IMG/VR virus record: IMGVR_UViG_3300047274_000223
From: a virus
Direction: 5' to 3' (one strand)
Length of the DNA stretch: 64,000 nt
The notes beneath the pieces are model-generated. The model saw nothing but the letters and a program-made list of their open reading frames with translations. It was not told the DNA's origin and did not search any database. Both the position numbers and the translations under genes were made by a program. Of this stretch, positions 51,307-63,800 are shown piece by piece (position 1 is the first letter of the stretch; each line of letters opens with the position of its first letter).

Positions 51307-52497
51307 ATGGCTAGACAAAGCATTGGTGTTGGTTCGCAGGCAAATGATGGAACAGGTGATACCCTGCGAACTGGTGCTCAAAAAGTTAATTCAAACTTCA
51401 ATGAAGTGTATAATAAACTAGGTAATGGTACTGATTTGCAAATTAGTATTACTGGTGCTTTTGCCGAAGGGATGACTTTAAGATCTAATGGTCAAGAATT
51501 TGTACCTTCCAGTTTAAATTATAATGATCTGTTAAATAGACCAACAATCCCAGATCCACAAGTCCAATCAAATTGGATCGAATCCGATATCAATTCTGCA
51601 TCATACATTCAAAATAAACCAGGAATTCCAACTACTGTATCAACACTATCTGACGTTTTGGTTTCGGGCCCTTCGATTGGAGATGCATTACGTTGGAATG
51701 GTACTGGATGGATCAATCAAGCAGTACAAGAATCCATTGTAACATCATTAGACAATCTGACTGACGTTACAATCACTTCGGCAGCAGTTGGTAATGTAAT
51801 TAGATTTAACGGTACTGCTTGGGTAAATACCGCTTTAAATTATTCCGATTTATATAATGCTCCTTCGTTATCTACTGTTGCTACTAGTGGTGACTATGAT
51901 GATTTGACAAATAAACCAGATCTTAGTGTGTATTTGACATCTCAAGTACAAAGTGACTGGAATGCCACTAGTGGAACTGCACAGATTTTAAACAAACCTA
52001 CATTATCTACAGTAGCAACCTCAGGTAGTTATACAGATTTATCTAATACACCAACACTATCTACTGTAGCAACAACTGGTGACTATGATGATTTGACAAA
52101 TAAACCAGATTCACTAGCGCCTTCTAGAACAACTGCGAGTGGAACAACAACATCCATTAATAATAATTTTTCTGCAAATTTAACGATTAATGGATTTAAA
52201 ACTTATGCATTATATAAAGTAGAGACTTCGGAATCTGCATGGGTTACTATTTACACAGATGTGAATGCTAGATCAAATGATACTTCTAGACAAGAAACTA
52301 CGGATCCTGCTCCTGGTTCTGGAATTATCGCTGAAGTTATTACAACTGGGGCCGAGACAGTAATGCTAACTCCAGGAACTATTGGATGGAACAATGATGA
52401 TCCAGCATCCAGTAATATATACCTAAAAGTTGTAAATAAGTCTGGAGGACCAGCTGCGATTACAGTAACGTTAACCCTTCTTCAATTAGAACTCTGA
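51307..52497 (+). CDS. gp9/gp10-like baseplate fibre protein
   Basis: MARQ.I.VG..ANDGTGD.LR.G..KVN.NF.E.Y N-terminus; L..L.DV.....G..L.WNG..W.N and LSTVAT.G.Y.DL.NKP repeats. Confidence 0.75.
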   Translation: MARQSIGVGSQANDGTGDTLRTGAQKVNSNFNEVYNKLGNGTDLQISITGAFAEGMTLRSNGQEFVPSSLNYNDLLNRPTIPDPQVQSNWIESDINSASYIQNKPGIPTTVSTLSDVLVSGPSIGDALRWNGTGWINQAVQESIVTSLDNLTDVTITSAAVGNVIRFNGTAWVNTALNYSDLYNAPSLSTVATSGDYDDLTNKPDLSVYLTSQVQSDWNATSGTAQILNKPTLSTVATSGSYTDLSNTPTLSTVATTGDYDDLTNKPDSLAPSRTTASGTTTSINNNFSANLTINGFKTYALYKVETSESAWVTIYTDVNARSNDTSRQETTDPAPGSGIIAEVITTGAETVMLTPGTIGWNNDDPASSNIYLKVVNKSGGPAAITVTLTLLQLEL

Positions 52498-52498
52498 T

Positions 52499-54184
52499 AT
52501 GGAAAGAGAATACGTAGTAACTCTAAAGGAATACGAGCAATTGGAGGAATTCTATGATGACATGGAAACTCCAGGAGGAAATTTGTACATACCAAATAGG
52601 ATGGTGGAATGTGCATTGAGGAGAGATATTTCCAGAAATACACACTACATGCTTACTGATGAAGAGGCAGAAGAAGTGAGAAATGATCCTAGAGTTCTTG
52701 CTGTGGAATTGCTTCCAAAAGAAAGAGGTATCGAACCTGTTCTTTTTTGGGACCAAACTGGTAATTTTGAAAAATCTTCGACTGTAGATCAAGCAGACAA
52801 AAATTGGGGACTACTTAGATGCATTAATGGTTTCCAAATTTCTGGATGGGGTACTAATGGAGGATCCGAGACACAAAAAACAAGTTTAAATATCAAAACA
52901 ACAAGCTCTGGCAAGAATGTTGATGTTGTGATTGTTGATGCACATGTAAATCCAAATCATCCTGAGTTTGCAGTAAATCCAGATGGATCTGGTGGGGGAA
53001 GAGTAAATACTATAGATTGGTATGAATATAATGATTATACTGGTGCTGTCGTAAGTGGATCTTATGATTACTCCACCGTTTCCAGCAATCACGGAACTCA
53101 CGTAGCTGGAACTGCTGTGGGTAATACCCAAGGATGGGCAAGAGATGCAAATGTTTATACAATAGAATTCAATTACTCAAATAGTCCCGTAGCTGAATGG
53201 GATCTAATTTTATTTGATTACTTAAGGGCATTTCATAGAAATAAACCAATTAATCCAGAAACAGGTAGAAGAAATCCAACTGTAACAAATCATAGTTGGG
53301 GATATTCATATGGAAATATTGGACTAGCAAATATTACTTCGGTAACATACAGAGGAGTAACTACTGATATATCTACATTAAATACAGCAGATAAAAAGAT
53401 TGCTCTAGAGACAAGAGGTGTACCAGTTCCATTTGGAACATATCTATACAGAATGCCAGTCAGAGTTGCTGCATTGGATGCTGATATTCAAGATGCAATT
53501 AATGATGGTGTAATTGTTGTTTCTTCTGCAGGTAATTCATATTGGCAAATTTGCAAAGATGCTGGAGATGCAGACTTCAATAATTATATCACTATTGGTG
53601 GTACTGATTACTATCATGCACAAGGATCTTCTCCAGGAGCTGCAAATAATGTTATTTGTGTAGGTTCTATTGGGTCCGAGCATGTAGAGAAAAAAGCAAA
53701 TTACAGTAATTGGGGATCTAGAGTGGATGTATGGGCTCCTGGAACAAATATTATATCAAGTGTATACAATTCTTCAGCAGCATCTGAATTTGGAATTAGT
53801 ATAGTTAATGATCAAAGAAATGGTTCATATTATCTTGGATCTATTAGTGGAACTAGTATGGCATCCCCACAGGTCACTGGTATTCTGGCATGTTTAGCAG
53901 AACAAGAACCAGATATGACTCAAGCAGATGCAATTACATATATTAGTCAATATGCAGTAAAGCAAAATCAACTATTCAATCAAGAACCTAATGTGGATTG
54001 GGTAAATGCGGGTTCTGTTCCACCAACTCAAAGTCCATATGATTCCCTATCGGCAAGTGACAATAATATATTTTTATATTATGTCAAAGAACGTCCTTTG
54101 GATGGTGTCACTACACCAAAATGCAATTTCAAAAGACGACCACAAACAGGAGTAGTTTATCCAAGAATAAGAGGTAGAAGATAA
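52499..54184 (+). CDS. Subtilisin-like (S8) serine protease
   Basis: Catalytic triad VDVVIVD / HGTHVAGT / SGTSMASPQV; oxyanion SAGN; N-terminal I9-like prodomain (EYVVTL). Confidence 0.92.
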   Translation: MEREYVVTLKEYEQLEEFYDDMETPGGNLYIPNRMVECALRRDISRNTHYMLTDEEAEEVRNDPRVLAVELLPKERGIEPVLFWDQTGNFEKSSTVDQADKNWGLLRCINGFQISGWGTNGGSETQKTSLNIKTTSSGKNVDVVIVDAHVNPNHPEFAVNPDGSGGGRVNTIDWYEYNDYTGAVVSGSYDYSTVSSNHGTHVAGTAVGNTQGWARDANVYTIEFNYSNSPVAEWDLILFDYLRAFHRNKPINPETGRRNPTVTNHSWGYSYGNIGLANITSVTYRGVTTDISTLNTADKKIALETRGVPVPFGTYLYRMPVRVAALDADIQDAINDGVIVVSSAGNSYWQICKDAGDADFNNYITIGGTDYYHAQGSSPGAANNVICVGSIGSEHVEKKANYSNWGSRVDVWAPGTNIISSVYNSSAASEFGISIVNDQRNGSYYLGSISGTSMASPQVTGILACLAEQEPDMTQADAITYISQYAVKQNQLFNQEPNVDWVNAGSVPPTQSPYDSLSASDNNIFLYYVKERPLDGVTTPKCNFKRRPQTGVVYPRIRGRR

Positions 54185-56304
54185 TGGCATTAGTACCTGG
54201 ATCTGGAGCTATCATTCAACCACGTTTTGATCCCGTAAAACTTGGTGTAGATTCTGTTGTAGTTATTAATGGTGGATCTGGATATTCTCAATCAAATCCC
54301 CCAAAACTCCAAGTAAAAAATTGTGGCAATCCATTACGAGATGCTAGATTACAACCAGTAATCAATAATGGAAGAATTGTGGCTGTAAAAATAATCGACC
54401 CAGGTGAAGGGTATGATCCATTGAGGGTTGTATTTACTCCACAAGTCCCAAGTGATGTTGAACCAGAGAACTTACCAACAAAAAATTTGTCAGCCGAAGC
54501 AATATTAAAAGAAGATGGGTCTGGAGAAATTGATTATATTAAAGTAACAAATTCTGGTGACAACCAATACTATGATGTTGATGCTCAAGTAGTTGGAGGT
54601 GAAGGAATTGGAGCTTCTATCAGAGCAACATCAAAAGCAGTTACAAGTTTAGTCTTATTAAATTCAGGAAGAAACTATGAAACTCCGCCATTCATTACTA
54701 TCAATGGTGGGGGTGGCCAGGGTGCCTCTGGGGTTGTTGATATTGATACTAGAGGTATTGTAGATTTAGACGTTTCAATCAGTAATCCTGGTCAATTTTA
54801 TTTAAAATCTCCTTATGTATTATTGGTTGGTGGAGGTGGCCAGGGTGCCAAGGCTAGGGCAATTGTGAATCAAGGTGAAATTGTAGATATTGAAATTTTA
54901 GATCAAGGTAAAGGATATATTACAGAACCCAAAGTCATTTTCACTAGAAACGTAAAAGTAAAGAGAATATCCAGAAATAGACAATCTTACAACTTAATAT
55001 ACTACAATATTGCAGGTTTAACAAAAGATGCTGCTAGAGATGATTCATCAATTTATTTAAATACCACAGATCCTTTCCCTGGAAGTGGACTTGTTCTACT
55101 AGAAAAGGAACTAATTAGATATACTGGTAAAGATGCAAATAGACTTACTGGTTGTACTAGGGGACTAAACTTCAGATATGATCAAAGAATTGTTTTAGAC
55201 ACACTTCAAGATGATGACGATGGAAATACAGCATATGAATTTAACGTTGGCGATAGAATTGTAAGATTGACAGAATCTGCTAATAATAAAATTGCTGTTG
55301 TATATGATTGGAGACCAGAAACAAAAGAACTATTCGTAGTATTCCAAGTAGATGAATTAGCATTTATTGATGCTGGAACTCCAGGTGAAAAGACAAACGT
55401 TAGATTTGATGCTGGAGTATCCGATTCTACTGGTAGCGGAGATTTACCGCACAATTTGGTGGATGATGAGTTTGGAATCATTTATATGTTGACAACTCCC
55501 CTTTCATCAATGACTGGATTTGCATTTGAGGATATTGCCGAGTTTGATGGCCAAGGTGACGGACTTCCAGATTTGATCAATAGTGGAACTGCATTCGAAA
55601 ATCAAACATTACTTGATGGTGGCATTCCATCTACCTTATATGGTATTGAAGAAACTGTCGGAGGTCAAAACACTACACTATTTGTTAATGGGGATCAAAT
55701 TAAAGATTCTAGTCAACCATTCAAGATTGCTGGTATTACAGATGCTGGACAACTTGATGAAGGTGTTGATCATTTTGCAAAATTGGTAATTATTTTGGAC
55801 ACTTCAAATCCTTCATATTATAATGGAACTGGATTTGTTCCTGGTGAAGTTGTTACTGGCGTCAATTCGTTAGTTCAAGCAACAGTTGAATCTTGGGATC
55901 CAGATACTGCCACTTTAATTGTATCTAATATAGTTCCATATGATACTGGAAATCCTGACGATGGAATTTTATATAAGTTCTCAATGGATAGTACTGTAGT
56001 CGAAATTAGAATTAATGAAGTTGGACAGAACTACACTTCCGAACCAATTGTTACCATTGCTGATACGGGAACGTTCCAAGCAACTGCAATAGCAACAATT
56101 ACTGCCGACCAAGTTACTTCTATTGCAGTGGATAATGGTGGATATGGTTATACGAGCAAACCAAATGTAACTTTCTCTGGTGGAGGTGGATCTGGTGCTG
56201 TTGCTGAAGCAATTTTAGGTGGTGAAAGAATTAGTGGACAAAATGGCGGAATATGGAAAATTAAGTCCATTAATTATTCAACATCATTAAGGAATGAAGA
56301 ATAA
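54184..56304 (+). CDS. Virion structural protein
   Basis: 706 aa with repeated V..V...N.G.GY...P.V.I.GGGG.GA units shared with gp7. Confidence 0.75.
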   Translation: MALVPGSGAIIQPRFDPVKLGVDSVVVINGGSGYSQSNPPKLQVKNCGNPLRDARLQPVINNGRIVAVKIIDPGEGYDPLRVVFTPQVPSDVEPENLPTKNLSAEAILKEDGSGEIDYIKVTNSGDNQYYDVDAQVVGGEGIGASIRATSKAVTSLVLLNSGRNYETPPFITINGGGGQGASGVVDIDTRGIVDLDVSISNPGQFYLKSPYVLLVGGGGQGAKARAIVNQGEIVDIEILDQGKGYITEPKVIFTRNVKVKRISRNRQSYNLIYYNIAGLTKDAARDDSSIYLNTTDPFPGSGLVLLEKELIRYTGKDANRLTGCTRGLNFRYDQRIVLDTLQDDDDGNTAYEFNVGDRIVRLTESANNKIAVVYDWRPETKELFVVFQVDELAFIDAGTPGEKTNVRFDAGVSDSTGSGDLPHNLVDDEFGIIYMLTTPLSSMTGFAFEDIAEFDGQGDGLPDLINSGTAFENQTLLDGGIPSTLYGIEETVGGQNTTLFVNGDQIKDSSQPFKIAGITDAGQLDEGVDHFAKLVIILDTSNPSYYNGTGFVPGEVVTGVNSLVQATVESWDPDTATLIVSNIVPYDTGNPDDGILYKFSMDSTVVEIRINEVGQNYTSEPIVTIADTGTFQATAIATITADQVTSIAVDNGGYGYTSKPNVTFSGGGGSGAVAEAILGGERISGQNGGIWKIKSINYSTSLRNEE

Positions 56305-56307
56305 TCA

Positions 56308-56314
56308 CTAAATA
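56308..56314 (+). promoter_or_regulatory. Late promoter (variant)
   Basis: CTAAATA upstream of gp8. Confidence 0.65.
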
Positions 56315-56346
56315 TAATAGGTAAGTAAAAACTTCGGAAAGAACTC

Positions 56347-57879
56347 ATGGCTGCACTGCTAACAGATCAATTTAGAATTTATGCAGCGGCAAAGTTTATC
56401 AAATCTTTGGAAGGTCCAGATCCAGAGGCAACAGACTTAGCTGCTGGTACAAATAGAGATAGACTTTATGTATTCATCGGTAGACCACAATCTTGGGAAG
56501 ATGAAAATAATCCTCCGCAAGCTATCGATAGTTTTGCTCAGTATAGCGATTTATATGATGATCTAATTTCTCTGAAAAGAGTTCTTGCTAATGATACTAC
56601 CCAGGTCGTAAGAAGAATTGATTGGATTCCACCAGAAAAGACCACTGGTGGATTGGGTTACATTTACGACATGTATCGTCATGACTATTCACCAACAAAA
56701 ACTGCAGCGTCTGGTTCCACACGTTTATATGATGCTGATTTCTACGTAGTCAATTCATCTTACCAAGTTTATAAGTGTATCTATAATGGCACTTCTCCAT
56801 CTGACCCAAATGGAAAACCATCAACCATCGAACCTACTGGTACTTCCACTTCTATCATCACTACCTCAGATGGTTACCGTTGGAAGTACATGTACACTAT
56901 TCCTGTCGCACAGGTTCTAAAGTTTTTCTCATCCGATTATATTCCCGTACTAGTAGATTCCGCAATTAAGTCTAATGCTTCTGATGGTGAAATTGATACT
57001 GTTGTAATTCAATCATCTGGAGCTGGATACAATAACGGTACTTACGATAATGTTCCGATTAATGGAGATGGTACAGGAGGAAGGGTTACGATTATTGTTG
57101 ATGGCGGTAAAATTGTCAATGCCACAGTAACTTCTGGTGGTACTGCTTATACCTTTGGTAAGATTGTTGTTGATCAAATTAATGGTATTGGTACTGGAAC
57201 TGGTGGACAAATTGACGTAATTATTCCTCCTCAAGGTGGTCATGGTTACGATCCAGCATTTGAACTTGGTGGATATCGCGTAATGGTAAATGCCAAACTG
57301 CAGTATTCGGAAGGATCTGGAGATTTCCCAACAGACAACGACTATCGTAGAATTGGTCTTCTCCTAAATCCATTTAAATTTAACACCGCAGAACTGGCTT
57401 CCGACCTAACCCTAAGTGGTACTAGAGCAGTTATTTTCCCACCAACCTTCCAAGGTACATTCTTTGTTGATGAAATTATTTCGCAAACAAGAATTGTTGG
57501 TGGGGGAACTATTACTTCAAGAGGAAGAGTCATTTCATGGAATTCCACAACAAAAGTTCTAAAGTATTATCAGAACCAAATTGATGGTATCTATCCAGAA
57601 ATTACAGGATCACTAAATGAGTTTGCAGGAAGTAATGTTATTACTGGTGCTTCTTCAGGATCTTCTGGTGAACCAGATGTCGCTTTCCCTTCAGTACCAG
57701 GTTCTTCAACAAGAACCATTAATAATACAGAATATGATTTGGGTATGAGATTCACCTCTGGATATGCGTTCTCAGAGATTGAAAAGAACTCTGGACAAGT
57801 CATCTATATAGATAATAGAAGACCGATCTCTCGTGCGAACGATCAGATCGAAGATATCAAAATTGTAATCGAATTCTAA
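56347..57879 (+). CDS. gp8: Baseplate wedge subunit gp8
   Basis: LYVFIGRPQ.W..E..PP...RR.DW...YDMYRHDY...VYKC..NG...DGY.WKYMYTI...SG.VIY.DNR.PI.R..DQ.EDIKIV.EF. Confidence 0.93.
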   Translation: MAALLTDQFRIYAAAKFIKSLEGPDPEATDLAAGTNRDRLYVFIGRPQSWEDENNPPQAIDSFAQYSDLYDDLISLKRVLANDTTQVVRRIDWIPPEKTTGGLGYIYDMYRHDYSPTKTAASGSTRLYDADFYVVNSSYQVYKCIYNGTSPSDPNGKPSTIEPTGTSTSIITTSDGYRWKYMYTIPVAQVLKFFSSDYIPVLVDSAIKSNASDGEIDTVVIQSSGAGYNNGTYDNVPINGDGTGGRVTIIVDGGKIVNATVTSGGTAYTFGKIVVDQINGIGTGTGGQIDVIIPPQGGHGYDPAFELGGYRVMVNAKLQYSEGSGDFPTDNDYRRIGLLLNPFKFNTAELASDLTLSGTRAVIFPPTFQGTFFVDEIISQTRIVGGGTITSRGRVISWNSTTKVLKYYQNQIDGIYPEITGSLNEFAGSNVITGASSGSSGEPDVAFPSVPGSSTRTINNTEYDLGMRFTSGYAFSEIEKNSGQVIYIDNRRPISRANDQIEDIKIVIEF

Positions 57880-57894
57880 TAGGTAGTAAAAAAG

Positions 57895-60800
57895 ATGCCA
57901 CAAAATACCAACCTGAACGTAACTCCTTATTATGATGATTTCGATAAGGATAAGAACTTTTATAAAGTTCTATTCAGACCAGGATTTCCAATTCAAGCTA
58001 GAGAACTTACTACCTTACAATCTGTTTTGCAGAATCAGATTGAAAGTATGGGAAACCATTTTTTCAAAGATGGTTCCATGGTTATTCCAGGCCAGGTTGG
58101 ATTTGACAACAACGTTGATGGTATATTAGTACAGTCGAGTTTCTTAGGAACTAACGTTGAGGAATATCGTTCTCAATTGGATGGAGCGATTATCACTGGT
58201 CTTAGCAGTGGCGTAAAGGCCAAGGTAATCTATACTATCTCATCAACTGAATCGGAATTAGGATTCATTACAATTTACGTAAAATACATCGAATCTGGTG
58301 GTGTTAATAGAGACATTATTAAATTCCAAAATAATGAACAGTTAATTATTAATAAGGAATTGACTTATGGACAAAATCTATTGGAGATTGGAAGTCCATT
58401 TGCTCAGTTACTACCAAATAATGCTACTACTACTGCATCTACAGCATATATAAACAGTGGTGTATACTTCATTCGTGGTTATTTTATTGATGTTTCATAT
58501 CAGTATGTTATTCTTGAGCAATATGCACAAAATCCATCATATAGAGTTGGTCTTGAAATCTCAGAATCAATCATCACTTCAGAAGATGACCCATCTCTAA
58601 ATGATAATGCCGCAGGGTCATCTAATTATGCTGCTCCTGGTGCTCATAGATTTAGGATTAAAACAACCCTCATCAAAAAACCAATTGAGGATACATCAGA
58701 TAAAAACTTCATTGAACTTTTAAGAGTTGTAAATGGTAAAGTTCAGAAGTTTGTAGAAAGAACTGCATATAATGAAATTGAGAAAGAACTCGCCAGAAGA
58801 GTCTATGATCAAGCTGGTGATTTCATGATCAAACCATTTGATATTAGAGTTAGAGAGTGTTATAACGATGGTTTTAATAATGGTGTATTTGCAGTAAATG
58901 AAGTAACTCATGGACCAACAGGAGTTCCTGGTAGTGGTGTTTTATTGGATTCAACAACTGGAAGTGCTTCTGGTTATCTTGGATTAAATACAACACTATC
59001 TGGGGTTGACTATGGTAAATCTTTATACTCGGTTGAAGTATCTCCAGGTAAAGTATACCTTAAAGGTTATCCAGTAGAGACAACTCAACCAACTTATATT
59101 GATATTCCAAAATCAAGACAGTTTTCGTGCTTCCAAAACAATATTATCCCATTTGAAATTGGTAATTATGTTAAGGTAACTAATGTTTGGGGTCAACCAG
59201 TTATCTCGGGTCCAGATGTAAGTTCATCTTATCAAATTATTGAATTTAGAGATGCATACACGTCTGTTCAGGGTACAGGAACTGGAAATGTAATTGGTAC
59301 TGCGAGAGTGATGAATTTCCAACAAGACTCTTCTGGTGGGGATGGAATTTCTGGTACTGATGATGATCAGTACGAACTATACTTATTTGATGTAACTCTT
59401 CATACAAAATTAAGACTAACTTCATCAACAACAATCGATGCTGGTTCTATGATTGTTGGTAAGATTAGCGGTGCAAGAGGACTACTTCGAGTTGATCCAG
59501 GTGCAAGCTCATTCACTGGACAAACACTAACCCTCACGAATGTTCAAGGTATCTTTAGAGCAAATGAAGTAATTCAGGTCGATGGTAGAGACGTTGGAAC
59601 TGTTTCTATTGCACCATATGACTATCAACTTTCGGATGTGAGACAATTAGTTGGTAAGAATAGCACCAATACGACAACAGTATTTACTTGCGATTCTGTT
59701 CTTGATGATCAAATTCCCCTATCTGGCAACTACTTCACTTATTCCACATCTGGTACAAAACTAACAGGATTTAACAGCAATATTGCAGCAGAAGTAAGAT
59801 CTGGCGATAGACTATATGTAAGTCCTACACAATACTTCACTGTTGCGGCCGTACCAGCAAACTTAAACTTTAGTACAGTATTTAACTATACGACCCAAGA
59901 GATTACAGTAACACCTTCCGCAGGATTTACTCCAACTAACGGACAGCAATTCCAAACTATCGTTAGATTTAGACCACAATTAAATGGAACTAATAATGGT
60001 GATTTGTTTACGGAAATGCCAAAGGCCGCAATCCGAAGCATCTCCGATGAAAGTATGTCCATTAAGAGGACTTATGAATCTCAAGTAACAAGCAGCAGTT
60101 TCTCTATCTCCTTGTCGGAAAATGAACAGTTCTCGGCTATTGATACAGATAACTACTTGATGGTTGTTACTGGAATTAGTGGTGGAAGTACTTATGCTGT
60201 AGGAGATGTTGTTGTTATCCAAGATGATGTACCAGGAAATGCTGCATATGCAACCTTCAATACTACTGGTACACCAAGAACAACTCTAACTGTATCAAAT
60301 CTTGTTGGGATTACTTCAATCCGAATCTACGCAACTATTTCCAGAAACGTAGTTATTGAAAAAATTAAGAATGCGAATAAAATGACTGTCTGGAAAGTTA
60401 ATAGAACTTCCAAACAAAGTGATCAAATTCCTTTTGGTCTCGCATACTCCAATCTGTATGGAACAAGAATTGAAGATAACGAGATCTCATTGGGTGTAAA
60501 AGACGCTTATAGAATCCATGCAATTTATGAGTCATATGATGATAATGAAGCTATCTTACCATCAGTAACTTTGGTTGAATCTGCATTCTTTGCTGTTGGT
60601 ACTATTATCACTGGAAGAACTTCTGGTGCTAAGGGTATGGTCATCGACTTTAACCCAACAACACTAAAACTATCGTTAGTATATCAAACATCGTCTTCAT
60701 TTATTCAAAATGAAGTAATCACTGGAACCAATTCTCAAGGTACTGCAATTCAAGCACTTGTTAGTGATGCTGATGGATCTGTAGAATTGGGCAGTAAAAA

Positions 60801-63800
60801 TATCACATCATCTTTCGAATTGGTTGATGGGCAAACACCATTCCAGTATGGAATTTCATATATTCGCAGAACTAAAGGTTCTTCGTCTCCGATCAGAAAA
60901 CTAAAGATTGTTGGTGACTATTTTGGACATGAATTGACTGGAGACTATTTCAATATCGATTCTTATGTTGGTATTGATTACGCGGATATTCCAGCTTATG
61001 TCAATAGAGCAGGATCTGGTACTACCCTAAACACCAGAAAGCAACTTAGAGATGTTCTGGATTTCAGACCAGGTGTTAAGAACTTAGCATCTGGAGGCGG
61101 AAACGTTGCCAATCCATTCTATATTCAGTGTTCTTCACTAGACTTCTCTAGTAGAGTATTTGATGATAGTGCAACTATCACAGATATCCCAAAAGTCAAC
61201 TCAGACTTTAGATGCGACTACTGTTATTATCTAAAGAGAATCGATACTTTATCATGCGATATGTTGGGTAATTTCTTCGTGTCCTTAGGTACACCTTCAG
61301 AACAACCAGTACCACCACCTCCAGTCGAAAACTCCATGCTTCTCGCCGTCATTGGACACGAAGCCTATGGTTTTGATCCTAGTGTTGATGCATTAGTGTT
61401 TGCAGAAAACATTAAGCGATATACAATGAAGGATGTGGCTCTACTTGATAAGAGAGTACAAAATATTGAATACTACAGTGCATTGACTCTTCTTGAGCAA
61501 GACACAAATATGCTCAATATTAAAGATGAATTTGGAAACGATAAATTTAAGAATGGATACGTTGTTGATTCATTCGAAAATCAAAACGTTGCCGAATTAA
61601 CTGATCCTGACTATAACGCATCACTTGACTTCTCCAATAAAGTTCTAAGACCTTCCCACTATACAACTAATGTTTCTATGGCAATTAATGTTGCCACTTC
61701 GGGAAATATTGCAGTAAACAATAGAGTTGTAACTCTCCCGTATACCGATGTAGTGTTAATTCAGCAACCATATGCATCTCAAGTTGAAAATGTAAATCCA
61801 TTCAACGTTTTTGCCTTCATTGGATCAATTGAATTGAATCCTGCTTCGGATGACTGGGTAGACACTATTGTTGCACCAGCACAGGTACAGCAAATCGAAG
61901 GAAACTACGCTGCTCAGGCAGAGAGAATTGGAGCAGATCCAAATACAGGTCTTGGTCCACAGGTTTGGAACTCATGGCAAGAAGACTGGTCTGGTGCTAC
62001 AACTACCACTTCTGGTGGTCAGTGGCAAGGATGGCTTGGTCCTCTCGGTAGATGGATTCCTGTATATGGAACTAGAACCACTACGACAACAGGTATTGTT
62101 GAGAGAAGAACTGGTACTCAACAGAGACTTGTTACTAGATTTGAACAGAGAAGTCTTGGATCTAGAGTCATCTCAAGAACAAATGTTCCTTGGATTAGAT
62201 CAAGAAACGTTTCATTTGTTGCTGAAAGATTGAAGCCTTCTGCACAATTCTATGGATTCTTTGATAATGTTTCAATTTCTCAGTATGTAACTCCAAAACT
62301 AATCGAATTAATTAAGGATCCTGATGAAGACTTTGCAACTACCAATACTCCATTTGTAATCGGAGAAGATATTATTGGTTATAGAATTACATCAAGAAAC
62401 GCGGATGGTGGTGCAGTTTATACAACAAGAGATCCTATTTTCAGAGCAAGAGTACTGGCACCAAATAACGGATTGAGGTATAATTCTTATACCGATACAG
62501 AATTACCAGAAACTTATTCATCAACTACACCATATGTAAACATTGATACTGATGCTTTAGCATCTCAGGCAAATGGAACCTATTATGGTAATATTGAAAT
62601 TGGTTGCATTCTAGTTGGTAGTAGTTCTGGTGCTAGAGCAATCGTAAGAGATAGAAGAATTGTAACCGACAGAAAAGGAACTGTAAAGGGAACATTCTTT
62701 ATTCCAAGACCAGCAAATACATCAAACCCAAGATGGGCTACTGGAACGAGAACTTTTGCTCTATCAAACAGTTCAACTAACCAGGTTGGAGTTCCTGGTG
62801 GTACAAGTATCTCAAATGCACAAACAAACTATACTGCATCTGGAGTTATTGAGACCACACAGGAAACTATTCTTTCTATCAGAAATGCTGAGATTGTTAC
62901 GGATCAACTATTTGAGCAGAGGACAACTTCAAGAACTACCCAAGAAACCGTTCAGATTGGTTATTGGGACCCTCTTGCACAATCATTCATTGTGCAGGAA
63001 AGAGGTGGTGTATTCTTGACTGGAGCAGATGTATTCTTCAATAGCAAGGATACAAATATTCCAGTTAGTGCTCAGTTAAGACTGATGGAAAATGGTATTC
63101 CAACTCCAAAAATTCTACCACTATCAACTGTTACTGTGTATCCAGAGGATGTAGAAATTTCAGAGAATGCATCGATTCCAACTAGATTCACATTCCCAGC
63201 TCCAGTATATGTAAATGATACTGATGAATATTGCTTGGTTATCTTCTCAGACTCAAACGAATATACCGTTTGGATCTCAGAGATGGGTAGAGTTGACATT
63301 ACTGGTGATAGAACAATCTCCGCACAACCTTATGCTGGTGTTCTATTCAAGTCGCAGAATGCTTCTACATGGTCACCAAACCAGTTACAAGACTTGAAGT
63401 TCACCATCTACAGAGCAGAGTTTAGCACCTCTCCTGGTAAATTAACTCTGAATAACTCGGAGTTAGGTCGTGGTAACGGTGGTATTATCTCATTAAGAGA
63501 GAACCCCATCGAAACCAGAAGAGCAAACCTATCTTTAACACTACAAGATGACACTCCAGTATTTACTTTAGGTGCTAGAATCTACCAGAAGACTACTAAT
63601 GCATCTGGTACTGTCATTGAAATGGATACTACATCATCACCAAATAAGATTGTAGTTACCGATATTGAAGGTCAATTCAATGAAGGTGCATTGATTGGTG
63701 ATGTTGTAACTTATCCTCTAGTAAGTAGTCAGTCAACTGCAACCCTGTATGTTTCTACTCAGGGTGGTGTCTTGACTGGAAACTATACCGTTGGTAAGAC

